DNA from: Nitrospirota bacterium
Lineage (GTDB): Bacteria > Nitrospirota > UBA9217
Length of the DNA stretch: 64,000 nt
NCBI GenBank assembly: GCA_963740085.1
Contig: CAVUCU010000001.1
Span: forward strand, 1,556,636 to 1,620,635
Reading direction: 5' to 3'
Translations under genes and position numbers: made by a program
Part shown: piece by piece, positions 32,313-42,643 of the stretch
Layout: each line of letters opens with the position of its first letter
Position numbering within the stretch: the first letter of the stretch is position 1
The notes under the pieces: generated by a model
Seen by the model: the letters and a program-made list of their open reading frames with translations, nothing else
Databases searched by the model: none
What the model was told of the DNA's origin: nothing

Positions 32313-34026
32313 TCATATCTCCATGATGATCGGCAGGATCATCGGCCTTCGTCTCCATGCGCTTGTTGATGAACTTTTTGAGCGCGCTCCGGACCCGGGC
32401 GGAGACGAGCGACCAGTCTCCCTTGGCCTCGGGGACCATGAGTGCAAGCGTGTCCAGGACCACATCCTTTACCTCGGCCAGCAGCTCTTGCGACGCGTCC
32501 TCGAACACGAAGCCGCGCGAGACGATGTCCGGACCCGATACTACCTTGCCTGTGGCCGTCTCGATCCCGAGGATCACGATCACCACGCCGTCGTGGGCAA
32601 GCTTCATCCGGTCGCGGAGCACGACGGTGTCCACGCCGGCATCGGCAGTGGAACCCGCGGTCTTGCCGTCGATGTATACCCTGCCCACATTGACCCGTCC
32701 CGCGCGGCGCGCCGAATCCGCCGTGAACTCCATGATGTCGCCGTCCTCGATGATGAAGATGTTCTCTTCGGGGATGTTCACATTCCGCGCGAGATGGGAG
32801 TGATACACGAGGTGGCGGTATTCGCCGTGGACGGGGATGAAGTATTTCGGCCGGACGATGCTGAGCATGAGTTTGAGCTCTTCCTTGGACGCGTGGCCGG
32901 AAACGTGGATCTCTGACACCTTTTCGTAGAACACCTCCGCGCCGTGCTTGAACAGATGATTGATGATCCGGGTGATACCCCGCTCGTTGCCCGGGATCAT
33001 CTTGGACGAGAGGATGATCGTGTCGCCTTTTTTGATCTGAAAGTACTTGTGCTCGTTCGCGGCCATGCGGGAGAGGGCGCTCATGGGCTCGCCCTGGCTG
33101 CCGGTCGTGATCATGACGACCTGCTCGTCGGGCAGGTTCTTGAGCGCTTCGATCTTGAGCCAGGTATCGGACGGCATCCTGAGATAGCCGAGATCGAGTG
33201 CGATCTGGGCGTTCGCGATCATGCTCTTGCCGTTCAGGATGACCTTCCGGTTGTGCATGACCGCAACATCGATGATCTGCTGCACCCGGTGGATGTTCGA
33301 GGCAAAGGTCGCGACCACGATCCTGCCCTGGGTGCGGTGAAAGATGTCCTCGAGCCCGCGCCGCACCTCCTTCTCCGAGAAGGTGTAGCCGCCCTGGCCG
33401 GCGTTCGTACTGTCGGACAGGAGCACGAGGGTCCCCTTGTCGCCGTACTCCGCAAAGGTGCGGAGGTCCATGATCTGGCCGTCCACGGGCGTGGGGTCGA
33501 TCTTGAAATCTCCGGTATGGACCACACGTCCCACGGGCGTGGTGATGCCGAGGCCGCAGCCGTCCACGATGCTGTGCGTGACCCGGATGAACTCGACCTG
33601 GAAACAGCCGAGCGTGACGACGTCCCGGGGTTTTACCACGATAAGCTCGGTCTCGGAATCAAGATTGTGCTCCCGCAGCTTCTCCTTCACGAAGCCGAGG
33701 GTGAGCTTCGTGCCGTAGAGGGGGACCTTGAGCTCTTTGAGCAGGAACGGGAGCGCGCCAATGTGGTCCTCGTGCGCGTGCGTAAGCACCACGGCGCGGA
33801 CCTTTTGGCGGTTCTCAAGGAGATAGGCAAAGTCCGGGATCACGATATCGACGCCGAGCATCTCGGCGTCCGGGAACATGAGTCCCGCGTCGATCACGAC
33901 GATGTCGTCGCCGTATTCAAGAACGGTCATGTTGAGACCGATCTCGCCGATGCCGCCCAGCGGAATAATGGAGAGGGCCGGCCCGTTCACGGCAGGCTGT
34001 ACAAGAATGTCGGGTGTCTCTGTCAC
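32313..34026 (-). CDS. rnj: Ribonuclease J (apparent +1 indel near 32350)
   Basis: PLGGIGEIG, THAHEDHIG, HTGDFK, TGSQGEP, HVSGH; canonical end RRPMILPIIMEI* lies in a shifted frame ending at 32313. Confidence 0.95.
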
Positions 34027-34047
34027 GGGATCAAGCTCCTGGGTATG

Positions 34048-34145
34048 CCCCGTTAGAGAACATGTCCTCTAACGATTACAGCCACAATCTTTATTATAGC
34101 CATTGACCGTCAACAGGAATCGGCGGCTTTCTCTAACGGGGTAAA
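34048..34145. repeat. REP-like CCCCGTTAGAGAA / TTTCTCTAACGGGG palindromic element
   Basis: CCCCGTTAGAGAA 34048-34060, CCTCTAACG 34066, TTTCTCTAACGGGGT 34128-34142. Confidence 0.7.
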
Positions 34146-34248
34146 ATGCTTCAGCCCGGCAGGACCGAAGATGGAAGTACTATAGTATTTTTATCGGAAA
34201 TGTCAACTCGGGAAGTTGCTCGCAGGGGACGGGGCGGAAAACACATGA

Positions 34249-34978
34249 CTACGTCAACGGCGCTTTTTCGGCACGCCTTCTGCTTCCCGCGAGAAGATTG
34301 AGGGTTTCGACCATTCCGGAAAATCCCATCGCAAAGTAGATGTAGCCTTTGGGAATGTGGAACGCCAGGCCTTCCGCGATCAGCGTAACACCGACCATCA
34401 AGAGGAAGCTCAATGCCAGCATCTTGAGAGAGGGATGCTGGTGGATGTACGAGCTGATGACGCCCGAGGCAAGCAGCATGAGCATGAGCGCCAGGACCAC
34501 CGCTGCGATCATGACCCCGGTCTGCTGCGCCATGCCGACGGCGGTTATCACCGAATCAAGCGAGAAGACGATATCCAGGAGAACGATCTGTACGATGATG
34601 GCGATAAAAGAATTTTTGCCCGTGATCGCAGGAACGTCCTCCTGCTTTCTCGAAAACGCCGTGGATCTCGTGCGTCCCCTTCACCAGCAGGAAGAGCCCG
34701 CCGCCGATCATAATGAGATCCCGCACCGAGATTTGATTGTTCAGCACCGTAAAGAGCGGCGCCGTGAGGCTTGCCAGCCAGACGATCCCGAGCAGGAGCA
34801 GTATCCGCGTTATCAGCGCCAGACTGATGCCGATGGTCCGCGCCCTGGCCTGTTTTGCCAGCGGAAGTTTCTGGGCAAGGATCGAGATGATGACGATGTT
34901 GTCGATGCCCAGAATGATCTCAAGGACGGTCAATGTTGCAAGGCTGATCCAGATCTGTGAATCCGTTATCCATTCCAT
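34249..34978 (-). CDS. TerC-family membrane protein (frameshifted near 34560-34650)
   Basis: LEIILGIDN, GGLFLLVKGTHEIH; HPSLKMLALSFL and HIPKGYIYFAM in the downstream fragment. Confidence 0.88.
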
Positions 34979-35040
34979 GAGGTCCCCTTCGGTGAACCGC
35001 GACCTAAACCCTGCAGACTCAGTCGAATCACAGAGAAACG

Positions 35041-37059
35041 CTATTGCTTCTCGATGACAAACAGCAGCTGACCTTCCTGGACCGTCTCGTTGAGCTTGAA
35101 GCAGAGTTCTGCGATCTGGCCGTTGATGGGCGCGAGGATCGAATTTTCCATCTTCATGGCCTCAAGGTTCGCGATCTCTTCTCCCTTGTGGACGATGTCG
35201 CCGACCTTGATGGGCCCGCGGTCGGGATTGCCGATCCTCCAGATGTTGCCGTTGATCGGGGCGCCCACATCGTTCGGGCCCTTTGCCATCCGGGTCTCGA
35301 CCTTCCTGGCGCGCGGGGTCGCTACCGTGTACACCCTCGTCTTGTTGTTCACCCGCATCACCACGTGGACAAAGCCGTCGTGTTCGGAACCGATCGAAAC
35401 GAGCTCCACGGAGTAGGGCTTGCCCCAGAGATCGAAGTTTACCCGGTCGCCCGGTTTTTTCAAGCCTTCTCGCCAGACGTCGGTGGGGAGGGCCAGCGGC
35501 GCGTCGCCGTACTGGTCGCGGAAGCCGATGTATTCCAGGGCGTCCTTCGGGTGCATGAGGTAAAGCACGAACTCCTCATCCGTCACGGTCCTGCCGAGGC
35601 TGTCCCCCAGTTCTTTTCTCAGTTTTTCGAGGTCGTCGTTGGCCACGGATTCGAGCGGCGACGTTTCCTTCCGTTCCCTGATCTTCGCGGTCCATTCCTC
35701 GCCAAACGTACTCTGGTATACCCAGTCCGCCGGCCAGCCAATCGGCAGCCTCCCGTAGTTGCCGAGCAGCAGGTTCTTGAAATCGCCCGGGGCGCTCCGG
35801 AAGAGCATCAGCAGCTCGTCCCGCTCGTCCTTCGACAGTGAACCGATGTCCTGCGCCTGTTCCTCGACGAACCTGACCATGAGCGCGATGACGTGCTTCA
35901 CTCCCGCGTCGCCGCGCTCCTTGGCATAGCGGTTGATGATCCCGCTGCAGGTGACCCAGGTGATCTGGGACCCGGGCGTGACATCGAAGTATTTCACGAT
36001 CCGGTTGTACAGTGACATAAGCTTCAGGACCGCGGGCATGAGGTGGAGGAACTCCGCCTTCTGCGCCTGCTCGAACGAGCTGGGGAACGCGCCCCCGGGC
36101 ATCTTGTGGCGCGTGACCGTGTGGTCAAGCCCCTTGAAGGGCGACTCGGCCCACTCGTAGTGGCCGATCCAGTCGCGCACCTTCTGGACAGCGGCCTCGG
36201 CATGGGGCCGGCTGAGATGCACCGGGACCCCCATCTCCTCAAAGAGCGCATGGACCGCCAGGATGGGTGAATGGCCGTAGAAACGGACCAGGGAGTCCTC
36301 CTCCACATCAATGATCTGCGCGCCGGCCTTTGCGGCGGACAGCAGGGCAGGGATCGCCAGCCCGTCGGTAATATGCCGGTGATAGTTGATCACCAACGTG
36401 GGGTATTTCTGTTTTATGGCGCTGATCAGGTTGCCGATCCTCGTGACATCGCCGACGCCGGCCATGTCCTTGACGCACAGGACGATCTCGTCAACGCCTG
36501 AGCACAGGTCAATGATGTCTTTCACGACCCGGAGATAGTATTCGTTCGTGGCCCAGTCCGCGGTGGTGAAGGAGATGGTCGGCTCGAAGACCCGTCCCCG
36601 CTTCATCACGACCTCGGCGACGGTGCGCATGTTCCGCACGTCGTTCAGGAAGGAGAAGCACCGCCAGATATCGATGTCCACCTGTCCCACGGCATACTCG
36701 ATCACGTTTTTCGGGTAGGGGCGATAGCCCCAGAGGTTGGTCTCGCGGATCAGGGTCTGGAGCAGCACGTCCGGCATGAGCTCGCGGAGCAGGGCCGTCT
36801 CTTCGAACGGGCTTTCCCTCCGGTTCATGATGCCCACATGCCACCTGGCCCCGCCGTGGCACTCGGCGCTGAAGAGCCCCATGTGCTCATAGGAGGGGGC
36901 AAGGGTCTTCAGGTCATAGATGCGGTGGCGGTTCTTGAAGTCCGACTGGCCGGCGTCCCGCATCCCGACCGAGGTAAAGCAGACCTTGTTCAGCGCGCGA
37001 AGCGCCTGCACGATCTCTTTCGGCGACATCCCGGGTTTGACAAAAACAGTATCAGCCAT
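35041..37059 (-). CDS. 2-oxoacid (pyruvate-type) carboxylase subunit B: carboxyltransferase plus biotin carrier
   Basis: RDAGQS, KDMAG, HRH metal site, MPGG, VTPGSQ, biotin motif EAMKM. Confidence 0.85.
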   Translation of the reverse strand: MADTVFVKPGMSPKEIVQALRALNKVCFTSVGMRDAGQSDFKNRHRIYDLKTLAPSYEHMGLFSAECHGGARWHVGIMNRRESPFEETALLRELMPDVLLQTLIRETNLWGYRPYPKNVIEYAVGQVDIDIWRCFSFLNDVRNMRTVAEVVMKRGRVFEPTISFTTADWATNEYYLRVVKDIIDLCSGVDEIVLCVKDMAGVGDVTRIGNLISAIKQKYPTLVINYHRHITDGLAIPALLSAAKAGAQIIDVEEDSLVRFYGHSPILAVHALFEEMGVPVHLSRPHAEAAVQKVRDWIGHYEWAESPFKGLDHTVTRHKMPGGAFPSSFEQAQKAEFLHLMPAVLKLMSLYNRIVKYFDVTPGSQITWVTCSGIINRYAKERGDAGVKHVIALMVRFVEEQAQDIGSLSKDERDELLMLFRSAPGDFKNLLLGNYGRLPIGWPADWVYQSTFGEEWTAKIRERKETSPLESVANDDLEKLRKELGDSLGRTVTDEEFVLYLMHPKDALEYIGFRDQYGDAPLALPTDVWREGLKKPGDRVNFDLWGKPYSVELVSIGSEHDGFVHVVMRVNNKTRVYTVATPRARKVETRMAKGPNDVGAPINGNIWRIGNPDRGPIKVGDIVHKGEEIANLEAMKMENSILAPINGQIAELCFKLNETVQEGQLLFVIEKQ

Positions 37060-37105
37060 GATTCTCCTTATGTGAACACGCTGGCAAGCTTGTTCGCAGC
37101 CCTCT

Positions 37106-38563
37106 TCACATCCATTTCTGCGGTCCCAGGGCCGAGATTTCGGCCACGTACCGTGCGATCTTAAGCACCTCGTCTTCGCTGTTTCGCTCGCGGAACTTGG
37201 AGATCAACTCATCCATGTGCTCCTCGATGAACCGTGTGGAAAAATCTCCGGATATGAACGACGGGTGCCGGATGATGCTGAGCAAGAGGGGCTGCAGCGT
37301 CTTTACGCCCTCGACCCTGAGGTTCCTGCCGAGCGAGCGGTCCATTACCTGTATCGCGTCTTTCCGGTCCGCGCCGGCGGTCATGAGCAGCATGAACAGC
37401 GAATCATAATAGGGCGGGATGTCCCCGCCCTCATACACGCCCGAGGCCACGCGCACATTCGGGCCCATCGGCACCTGCAGCCGGGTGATCGCGCCGAAGG
37501 AGGGGCTGAAGCTCTTCGGGTCCTCCGCATTGATCCGGACCTCGAGCGCCCACCGGTTGGGACGGATGGTGGTCTGCTTGAACGGCAGCTTCTTGCCCAG
37601 GGCCACGTCGATCATGATGCCCACGATATCGAGGCCGGTGATCAGTTCCGTGATGCCGTGCTCCACCTGCAGCCGGGTGTTGACCTCGAGGAAATAGAAC
37701 TTCCTGGTCGCGGAATCGAAAATATATTCCACGGTACCCGCGGAGGTATAGCCGATCTCGCGCATCAGGCGCGTCGCAGAAAAACAGATCTCCTGGCGCA
37801 GCCCGTCGTCGAGGCTCGGGGACGGCGCTTCTTCGATGATCTTCTGGTTCCTCCGCTGGATCGTGCACTCCCGCTCATAGAGATGGATCACATTGCCGTG
37901 CTCGTCAGCGACGATCTGGACCTCGATATGACGCCCCCGTTCGATATACTTCTCAACCAGTATGGTCTCGTCGCCAAAGGACTTCCTTGCCTCGGAACGG
38001 GCCCGCGCCAGGCCCTGCGCCAGATCCCCGTCGTTCTCGACCTTGACCATTCCTTTTCCGCCCCCGCCTGCCGAGGCCTTGATCATGATCGGATAGGCAA
38101 CCCCGTCCTTTTTCATCCAGGTCTTGATCTGCTCGATGTCCGTGACCGCGTCGATTCCCGGGATGGTCGGCACATTGGCCTTCCTCGCCAGTGCTTTCGC
38201 CTCGATCTTGTCCCCCAGCATGCGGATGACCGCGGGCGACGGACCGATCCATATCAGCCCGGCATCCATCACTTTCTGCGCGAACTCGGCGTTCTCCGCC
38301 AGAAAACCCCAACCCGGATGGATGGCGTCCGACCTGCTTTGCAGCGCGGCATTGATCATCTTGTCCATGTTGAGATAGGATTCACTCGGCGGCGCGTCGC
38401 CGATATGTACGGCCTCGTCCGCCATGAACACGTGATGGGCAAGACGGTCGGGGTCGCTGTATACCGCGGTGGTGGGGATCTTGCGGTCCCGGCACGTGTG
38501 CATGACCCGGACCGCGGGAACGCCCCGGTTCGCGATCAGGATCTTCTTGATCGTTCTCTTCAT
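37106..38563 (-). CDS. Biotin carboxylase (carboxylase subunit A)
   Basis: KILIANRG, HPGWGFLAEN, GGGGKG, ERECTIQRRNQK, EVNTRLQVEH, RINAEDP; start reassigned to ATG 38563 (AGGAG RBS). Confidence 0.93.
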   Translation of the reverse strand: MKRTIKKILIANRGVPAVRVMHTCRDRKIPTTAVYSDPDRLAHHVFMADEAVHIGDAPPSESYLNMDKMINAALQSRSDAIHPGWGFLAENAEFAQKVMDAGLIWIGPSPAVIRMLGDKIEAKALARKANVPTIPGIDAVTDIEQIKTWMKKDGVAYPIMIKASAGGGGKGMVKVENDGDLAQGLARARSEARKSFGDETILVEKYIERGRHIEVQIVADEHGNVIHLYERECTIQRRNQKIIEEAPSPSLDDGLRQEICFSATRLMREIGYTSAGTVEYIFDSATRKFYFLEVNTRLQVEHGITELITGLDIVGIMIDVALGKKLPFKQTTIRPNRWALEVRINAEDPKSFSPSFGAITRLQVPMGPNVRVASGVYEGGDIPPYYDSLFMLLMTAGADRKDAIQVMDRSLGRNLRVEGVKTLQPLLLSIIRHPSFISGDFSTRFIEEHMDELISKFRERNSEDEVLKIARYVAEISALGPQKWM

Positions 38564-38588
38564 TGGGGTCTCCTGTACTCTTCGGTAA

Positions 38589-38618
38589 ATCCCGTTAGAG
38601 AATGATTTCTCTAACAGT
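38589..38618. repeat. REP-like CCCGTTAGAGAA hairpin
   Basis: ATCCCGTTAGAGAA-TGA-TTTCTCTAACAGT. Confidence 0.7.
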
Positions 38619-38986
38619 CGTGGATCGTGGCTTCGGATGTTGTTCCAAGGCATGCGATATCAGCCGCCGGCAGAATGCCGCATTCCCTCATGGGGTAAAA
38701 AAAACCTTTACCCGATGAAGAAGGATGCATTCCTGTTCACCCTGGTAAAGGTCTCGATTGTCAAGCTTCCCCGGTCAGGAGTGTTATGGGCGGCAAAACA
38801 GCATTCGGTCCAAAACCGCCGCCACTCCTGTGTTCGTCCCTGCTCATTCCAGGGTGAATCTCATATTATTTGAGAAGACCGCTCGTTGTCAAGTTATTAT
38901 TACTTCGACCGACGGGATTGTTGCTTCGCCGGCCCGCCTCAATAAACGATGGTACCCTTCCCCGTCTTAATCTGGTATAATCAAAT

Positions 38987-40609
38987 ATGCAAATCATCCG
39001 ATACCAGGTCAGATTTTTTCGGGGTGTTGCCCTTTTTCTCCGGATACTTCTGAGCTATAAGTTTTTCTCATTCAGAAATACCTTTGCCTCCCCGGCTGCG
39101 CGAAAAGAACGGCTCAAACGGTTGCACGCGGAAAACGCCTTTGTGCTGCGCGAGCGCATGATCGAGATGCGCGGCGTTCTGATCAAGATAGGCCAGTTCC
39201 TGTCCTCGCGCGTGGACATCCTTCCGGAGGAGTACACGACGGAGTTGTCCAAGCTCCAGGACCACGTGCCCCCCGCGGACCTCGCGCAGATCATGAAGCG
39301 GGTCATCGAGGAGATCGGCCCGCCGGAGGACGTGTTTGCGTCTTTTGATGAGACGCCCATTGCCTCGGCCTCGCTCGGGCAGGTGCATCGCGCCACTCTC
39401 AAGAGCGGCGAGCATATTGCGGTCAAGGTCCAGTATCCCGGCATCGAAGAAGTGATCGCGGCGGATATCCGTACGTTCCGCTTCATCATAAAGCTTCTCA
39501 AGGTCTTCTACCGGCGCATCAATCTCGACGTCATCTACTCCGAATTCTCCCGCATTATCCACGAAGAGCTGGACTATATCCAGGAAGGAAAGAACGCGGC
39601 GGCCTTTGCCAGAAACTTTGCCGATAATCCGAAGATCAGAATTCCCGCAGTATACTGGCAGTTCACCACGTCCAAGGTACTGACGCTCGAATATCTCGAC
39701 GGCGCCAAGATCACGGATTTCGATTCCATTGACGCGCTCGGGATCGACCGGAAAGAGGTGGCGCGGGCCCTTGCCGAGGCATTTTGTCATATGTTCTTCA
39801 CCGACGGTCTGTACCACGGCGATCCTCATCCCGGCAATATCTTCGTCCGCCCCGGCCCCGAGATCGTCCTCGTTGATTTCGGCATGGTGGACCGCATCTC
39901 GACCCCGAAAAAGGAAGGGCTCAAACGCGCCTTTACCGCGATCATGGAGCGAGACAGCCTGGGGCTCGTCCGGGCGCTCGTGGATATGGGGTTCATCCCG
40001 CTGACCCGGAATCTTCAACCCCTGGTTCAGTTCGTGGACAGGATTTTCGTGAAATACCGCGACATCTCGCCCAGCGAGTTCAAGGCCATGGACATCGAAG
40101 AAATGGGAAACGATATCATGGAGGCCCTCCGGCTCAGCCCCTCGATCCAGATCCCGAACGACTTCATCCTGTTCGGCAGGGTCATGGGCATGCTGAACGG
40201 TCTCGGGTCTCAGCTCGATCCCGATACCAATATCATTGAGATCGCGACGCCCTTTGCCAAGCGCTTTATCATGGCCGAGGAGATGTCGGCAACCGCCATC
40301 TTCGGACATGCAGGCGTTACCGCCCGCGCGCTGGTGAGACTGCCGAAGCTGTTGTCCGATTTTCTGGTGTCCACGGGTCGGAACGAAATGCGGGTGGAGG
40401 TCACTTCGCGGGACGTCGTGGGGGAGCTCATCATCCTCTCGCGCATCGGCAAGGGCATGATCCTCGCGTTTCTCACCGTGGGGGCGGGCCTGGCCGCGGT
40501 CATGCTCCGGATCAATCATTTTAACACAGAGGCCGCCTGGTTGACGGCCGTCTGCGCCATCTTTTTAATCAGGATCTTTATGCTCATCCGCCGTTCAAGA
40601 CGGCCGTGA
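38987..40609 (+). CDS. AarF/UbiB (ABC1) family protein kinase
   Basis: IKIGQ, ASASLGQVH, AVKVQYP, EELDY, HGDPHPGN, DFGM. Confidence 0.93.
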   Translation: MQIIRYQVRFFRGVALFLRILLSYKFFSFRNTFASPAARKERLKRLHAENAFVLRERMIEMRGVLIKIGQFLSSRVDILPEEYTTELSKLQDHVPPADLAQIMKRVIEEIGPPEDVFASFDETPIASASLGQVHRATLKSGEHIAVKVQYPGIEEVIAADIRTFRFIIKLLKVFYRRINLDVIYSEFSRIIHEELDYIQEGKNAAAFARNFADNPKIRIPAVYWQFTTSKVLTLEYLDGAKITDFDSIDALGIDRKEVARALAEAFCHMFFTDGLYHGDPHPGNIFVRPGPEIVLVDFGMVDRISTPKKEGLKRAFTAIMERDSLGLVRALVDMGFIPLTRNLQPLVQFVDRIFVKYRDISPSEFKAMDIEEMGNDIMEALRLSPSIQIPNDFILFGRVMGMLNGLGSQLDPDTNIIEIATPFAKRFIMAEEMSATAIFGHAGVTARALVRLPKLLSDFLVSTGRNEMRVEVTSRDVVGELIILSRIGKGMILAFLTVGAGLAAVMLRINHFNTEAAWLTAVCAIFLIRIFMLIRRSRRP

Positions 40610-40711
40610 TCCCTCTGCAGTTCATTCGTCCCGATTCTTCATGCAATGCCCCCGGGCTTAAATCGGCATTCTTCGCCATCATGAAATCTGATGAAATCGC
40701 AACAGGTCGAA

Positions 40712-40793
40712 TTTAACCGCTGAGACGCTGAGGCGCAGAGAAAATCCTTATTATCTTTAATAGGTATTTCTCCGTGTCTCCGCGGTAGATAAA
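40712..40793. repeat. Hairpin insert with 8-nt periodic arms (CGCAGAG family)
   Basis: AC CGCTGAGA CGCTGAGG CGCAGAGA - AT-rich spacer - TCTCCGTG TCTCCGCG GT. Confidence 0.8.
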
Positions 40794-40843
40794 GCCTTTT
40801 ATCGTTGTAGGGAGTTTAGTTGAAGCTTAGCGGAGGGGAAGGG

Positions 40844-41623
40844 TTATCGTACGGTAAAGACCTCTGTCGCCTGGTAGCGGTCGGCCACATACAGCGTGAG
40901 ATTTCCGGAAGTGATCTCGCGGTGGGTCTTGAGCGCTACGTCGGGGTGGTTGTTCTCTTCAGAGAGGTGAGAGAGACATGCCCACTGGAGGCGCTTTTCC
41001 GCGGAGGCGCGGTGCAGAAGTTCCGCGGCCTCGAGGTTCGAGATGTGTCCGTGCGGCCCCCTGATGCGCTGCTTGAGGAAGGCCGGGTACGGGCCTGCGG
41101 CGAGCATATCCGGATCATAGTTGCTCTCGAGGAAGACCGCATCGAGGGACGCCACGATCCGGGTGAGGTCCTTGAACACGTGCCCGAGGTCGGTCATCAC
41201 GCCGAGCCGTTTTTCCCCTGCTTCGACCACGAAGACGGAGCCGTCCACGCCGTCATGGGGCGTGGGGATGGCGTGCACGAGAACCTCACCGAACCTGATC
41301 TTGTCGCAGGCCCGGAAGCTGCGCACGTCGGAAAGCTTTCCGAGGTTGCATCGCGCAGCCGCCGCCGCGAGCGTCGCCGGGGTAACGTAGATCGGAATGC
41401 CGAATTTTCGCTGGTACACACCCGCATGCCGGATGTGGTCGCCGTGATCATGGGAGATGATAACGGCGTTTACCTTCCGGATGTCCCGGCCGTGGGCGGC
41501 AAGCCGCTCCTGAGCCTGTATGCCGGTGATCCCTGCGTCGATCAGCAGTCTGACGCCCCCGGCCTCGACATAAATGCAATTTCCGCTGCTGCCCGACTGA
41601 AGTGAAATTGCGATCATGCTCAT
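40844..41623 (-). CDS. MBL-fold metallo-hydrolase (YycJ/WalJ-like)
   Basis: SGSSGNC, SHDHGDH, TDLG, LESNYD, HGHISN, HLSEENN. Confidence 0.92.
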   Translation of the reverse strand: MSMIAISLQSGSSGNCIYVEAGGVRLLIDAGITGIQAQERLAAHGRDIRKVNAVIISHDHGDHIRHAGVYQRKFGIPIYVTPATLAAAAARCNLGKLSDVRSFRACDKIRFGEVLVHAIPTPHDGVDGSVFVVEAGEKRLGVMTDLGHVFKDLTRIVASLDAVFLESNYDPDMLAAGPYPAFLKQRIRGPHGHISNLEAAELLHRASAEKRLQWACLSHLSEENNHPDVALKTHREITSGNLTLYVADRYQATEVFTVR

Positions 41624-41632
41624 AGTGAAAAC

Positions 41633-41661
41633 ACTCTAACAGTCCTCCCCGGGCTTGTCAA
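41633..41661 (-). promoter_or_regulatory. Sigma70 promoter giving a near-leaderless transcript
   Basis: Minus strand TTGACA, 17 bp, TAGAGT, then 9 nt to the ATG. Confidence 0.65.
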
Positions 41662-41758
41662 CGTGAAAGAGTGCTCTCTCAATATAAACTTGAGTGCGGC
41701 TTTCATTTTCTCTATAATGGTCTTAACCAGGATAAACCGGAACAAAAAGGGCGTCTAA

Positions 41759-41875
41759 CTCGCAGAGCACGCGGAGGACGCAAAGTTAAATAAAAATCAT
41801 TTCATTCTCTTAGTTTTAATCGGGAACATTTTTATTGAGCTGTTCGCTGCGTAACTGTCTGCGCCTCTGCGAGAG
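41759..41875. repeat. Hairpin insert with 8/9-nt periodic arms (CGCAGAG family)
   Basis: CT CGCAGAGCA CGCGGAGGA CGCAAAG - AT-rich spacer - TCTGCGC CTCTGCGAG. Confidence 0.8.
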
Positions 41876-41905
41876 AAAGTTTTTCGCAGTTGTATTCCAT
41901 TGCAC

Positions 41906-42643
41906 ATGAGACCTCTTCTCGACAATATCAGCATTGTGCTCGTGGACACAAAGACGCCGGGAAACATCGGCGCCGCGGCCCGATGCATGATGAACATGGG
42001 CCTGAGCCGGTTGATCCTCGTGGACCCGCCAAAGGACAAAGATCAGGATGCCCGCAAGCTTGCCGCGGGCGCCGATGAGATCATCGAGAAGGCGGAGGTG
42101 TTTCCCGCGCTTGCCGCGGCCCTTGCCGACCAGGGGTTCGTCATCGGGACATCGAGGCATGCGGGCAGACAGCGCAAAAACATCCGAACGCCCCGAGAAA
42201 TGGCTGAGCAGGTGATCCCGATTCTCTCGAAGAACCGAGTGGCGATCATATTCGGAAATGAAGTGAACGGGCTGGAAAACAGCGAACTCGCCCTCTGTCA
42301 TGAGATCGTAGCCATTCCGTCGTCGGACGCATTTCCGTCACTGAACCTCTCTCACGCGGTCATGATAATCGCCTATGAACTTTTTTTGGCATCGGGCGTG
42401 TATGCAGGCCACGTGGCAGGGCCGCTCGCGCCCCTTGATGAGACCGAGGGTTTTTTTCTCCAATTACAGGAAACCCTTCAAACGATCGGATTTCTTGAAC
42501 GCGACCACCCCGAACGAATGATGTTCTCGCTCAGGCAGCTCTTCGGCAGGGCACGGATGAACAGCAGGGATGTCAGCATCCTGCGGGGAATTTTGAGTAC
42601 CATCGAGAGAGACTCCCGCTCAAAATTCGAAAAGGAGGGGTAA
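41906..42643 (+). CDS. trmJ: TrmJ/LasT-family RNA methyltransferase
   Basis: PGNIGAAAR, FGNEVNGLEN, SLNLSHAV. Confidence 0.88.
   Translation: MRPLLDNISIVLVDTKTPGNIGAAARCMMNMGLSRLILVDPPKDKDQDARKLAAGADEIIEKAEVFPALAAALADQGFVIGTSRHAGRQRKNIRTPREMAEQVIPILSKNRVAIIFGNEVNGLENSELALCHEIVAIPSSDAFPSLNLSHAVMIIAYELFLASGVYAGHVAGPLAPLDETEGFFLQLQETLQTIGFLERDHPERMMFSLRQLFGRARMNSRDVSILRGILSTIERDSRSKFEKEG

Noticed and set aside
32209-32350. Extended RNase J C-terminus overlapping DUF433
   Set aside because: It results from a +1 indel; the canonical RRPMILPIIMEI* ends at 32313.
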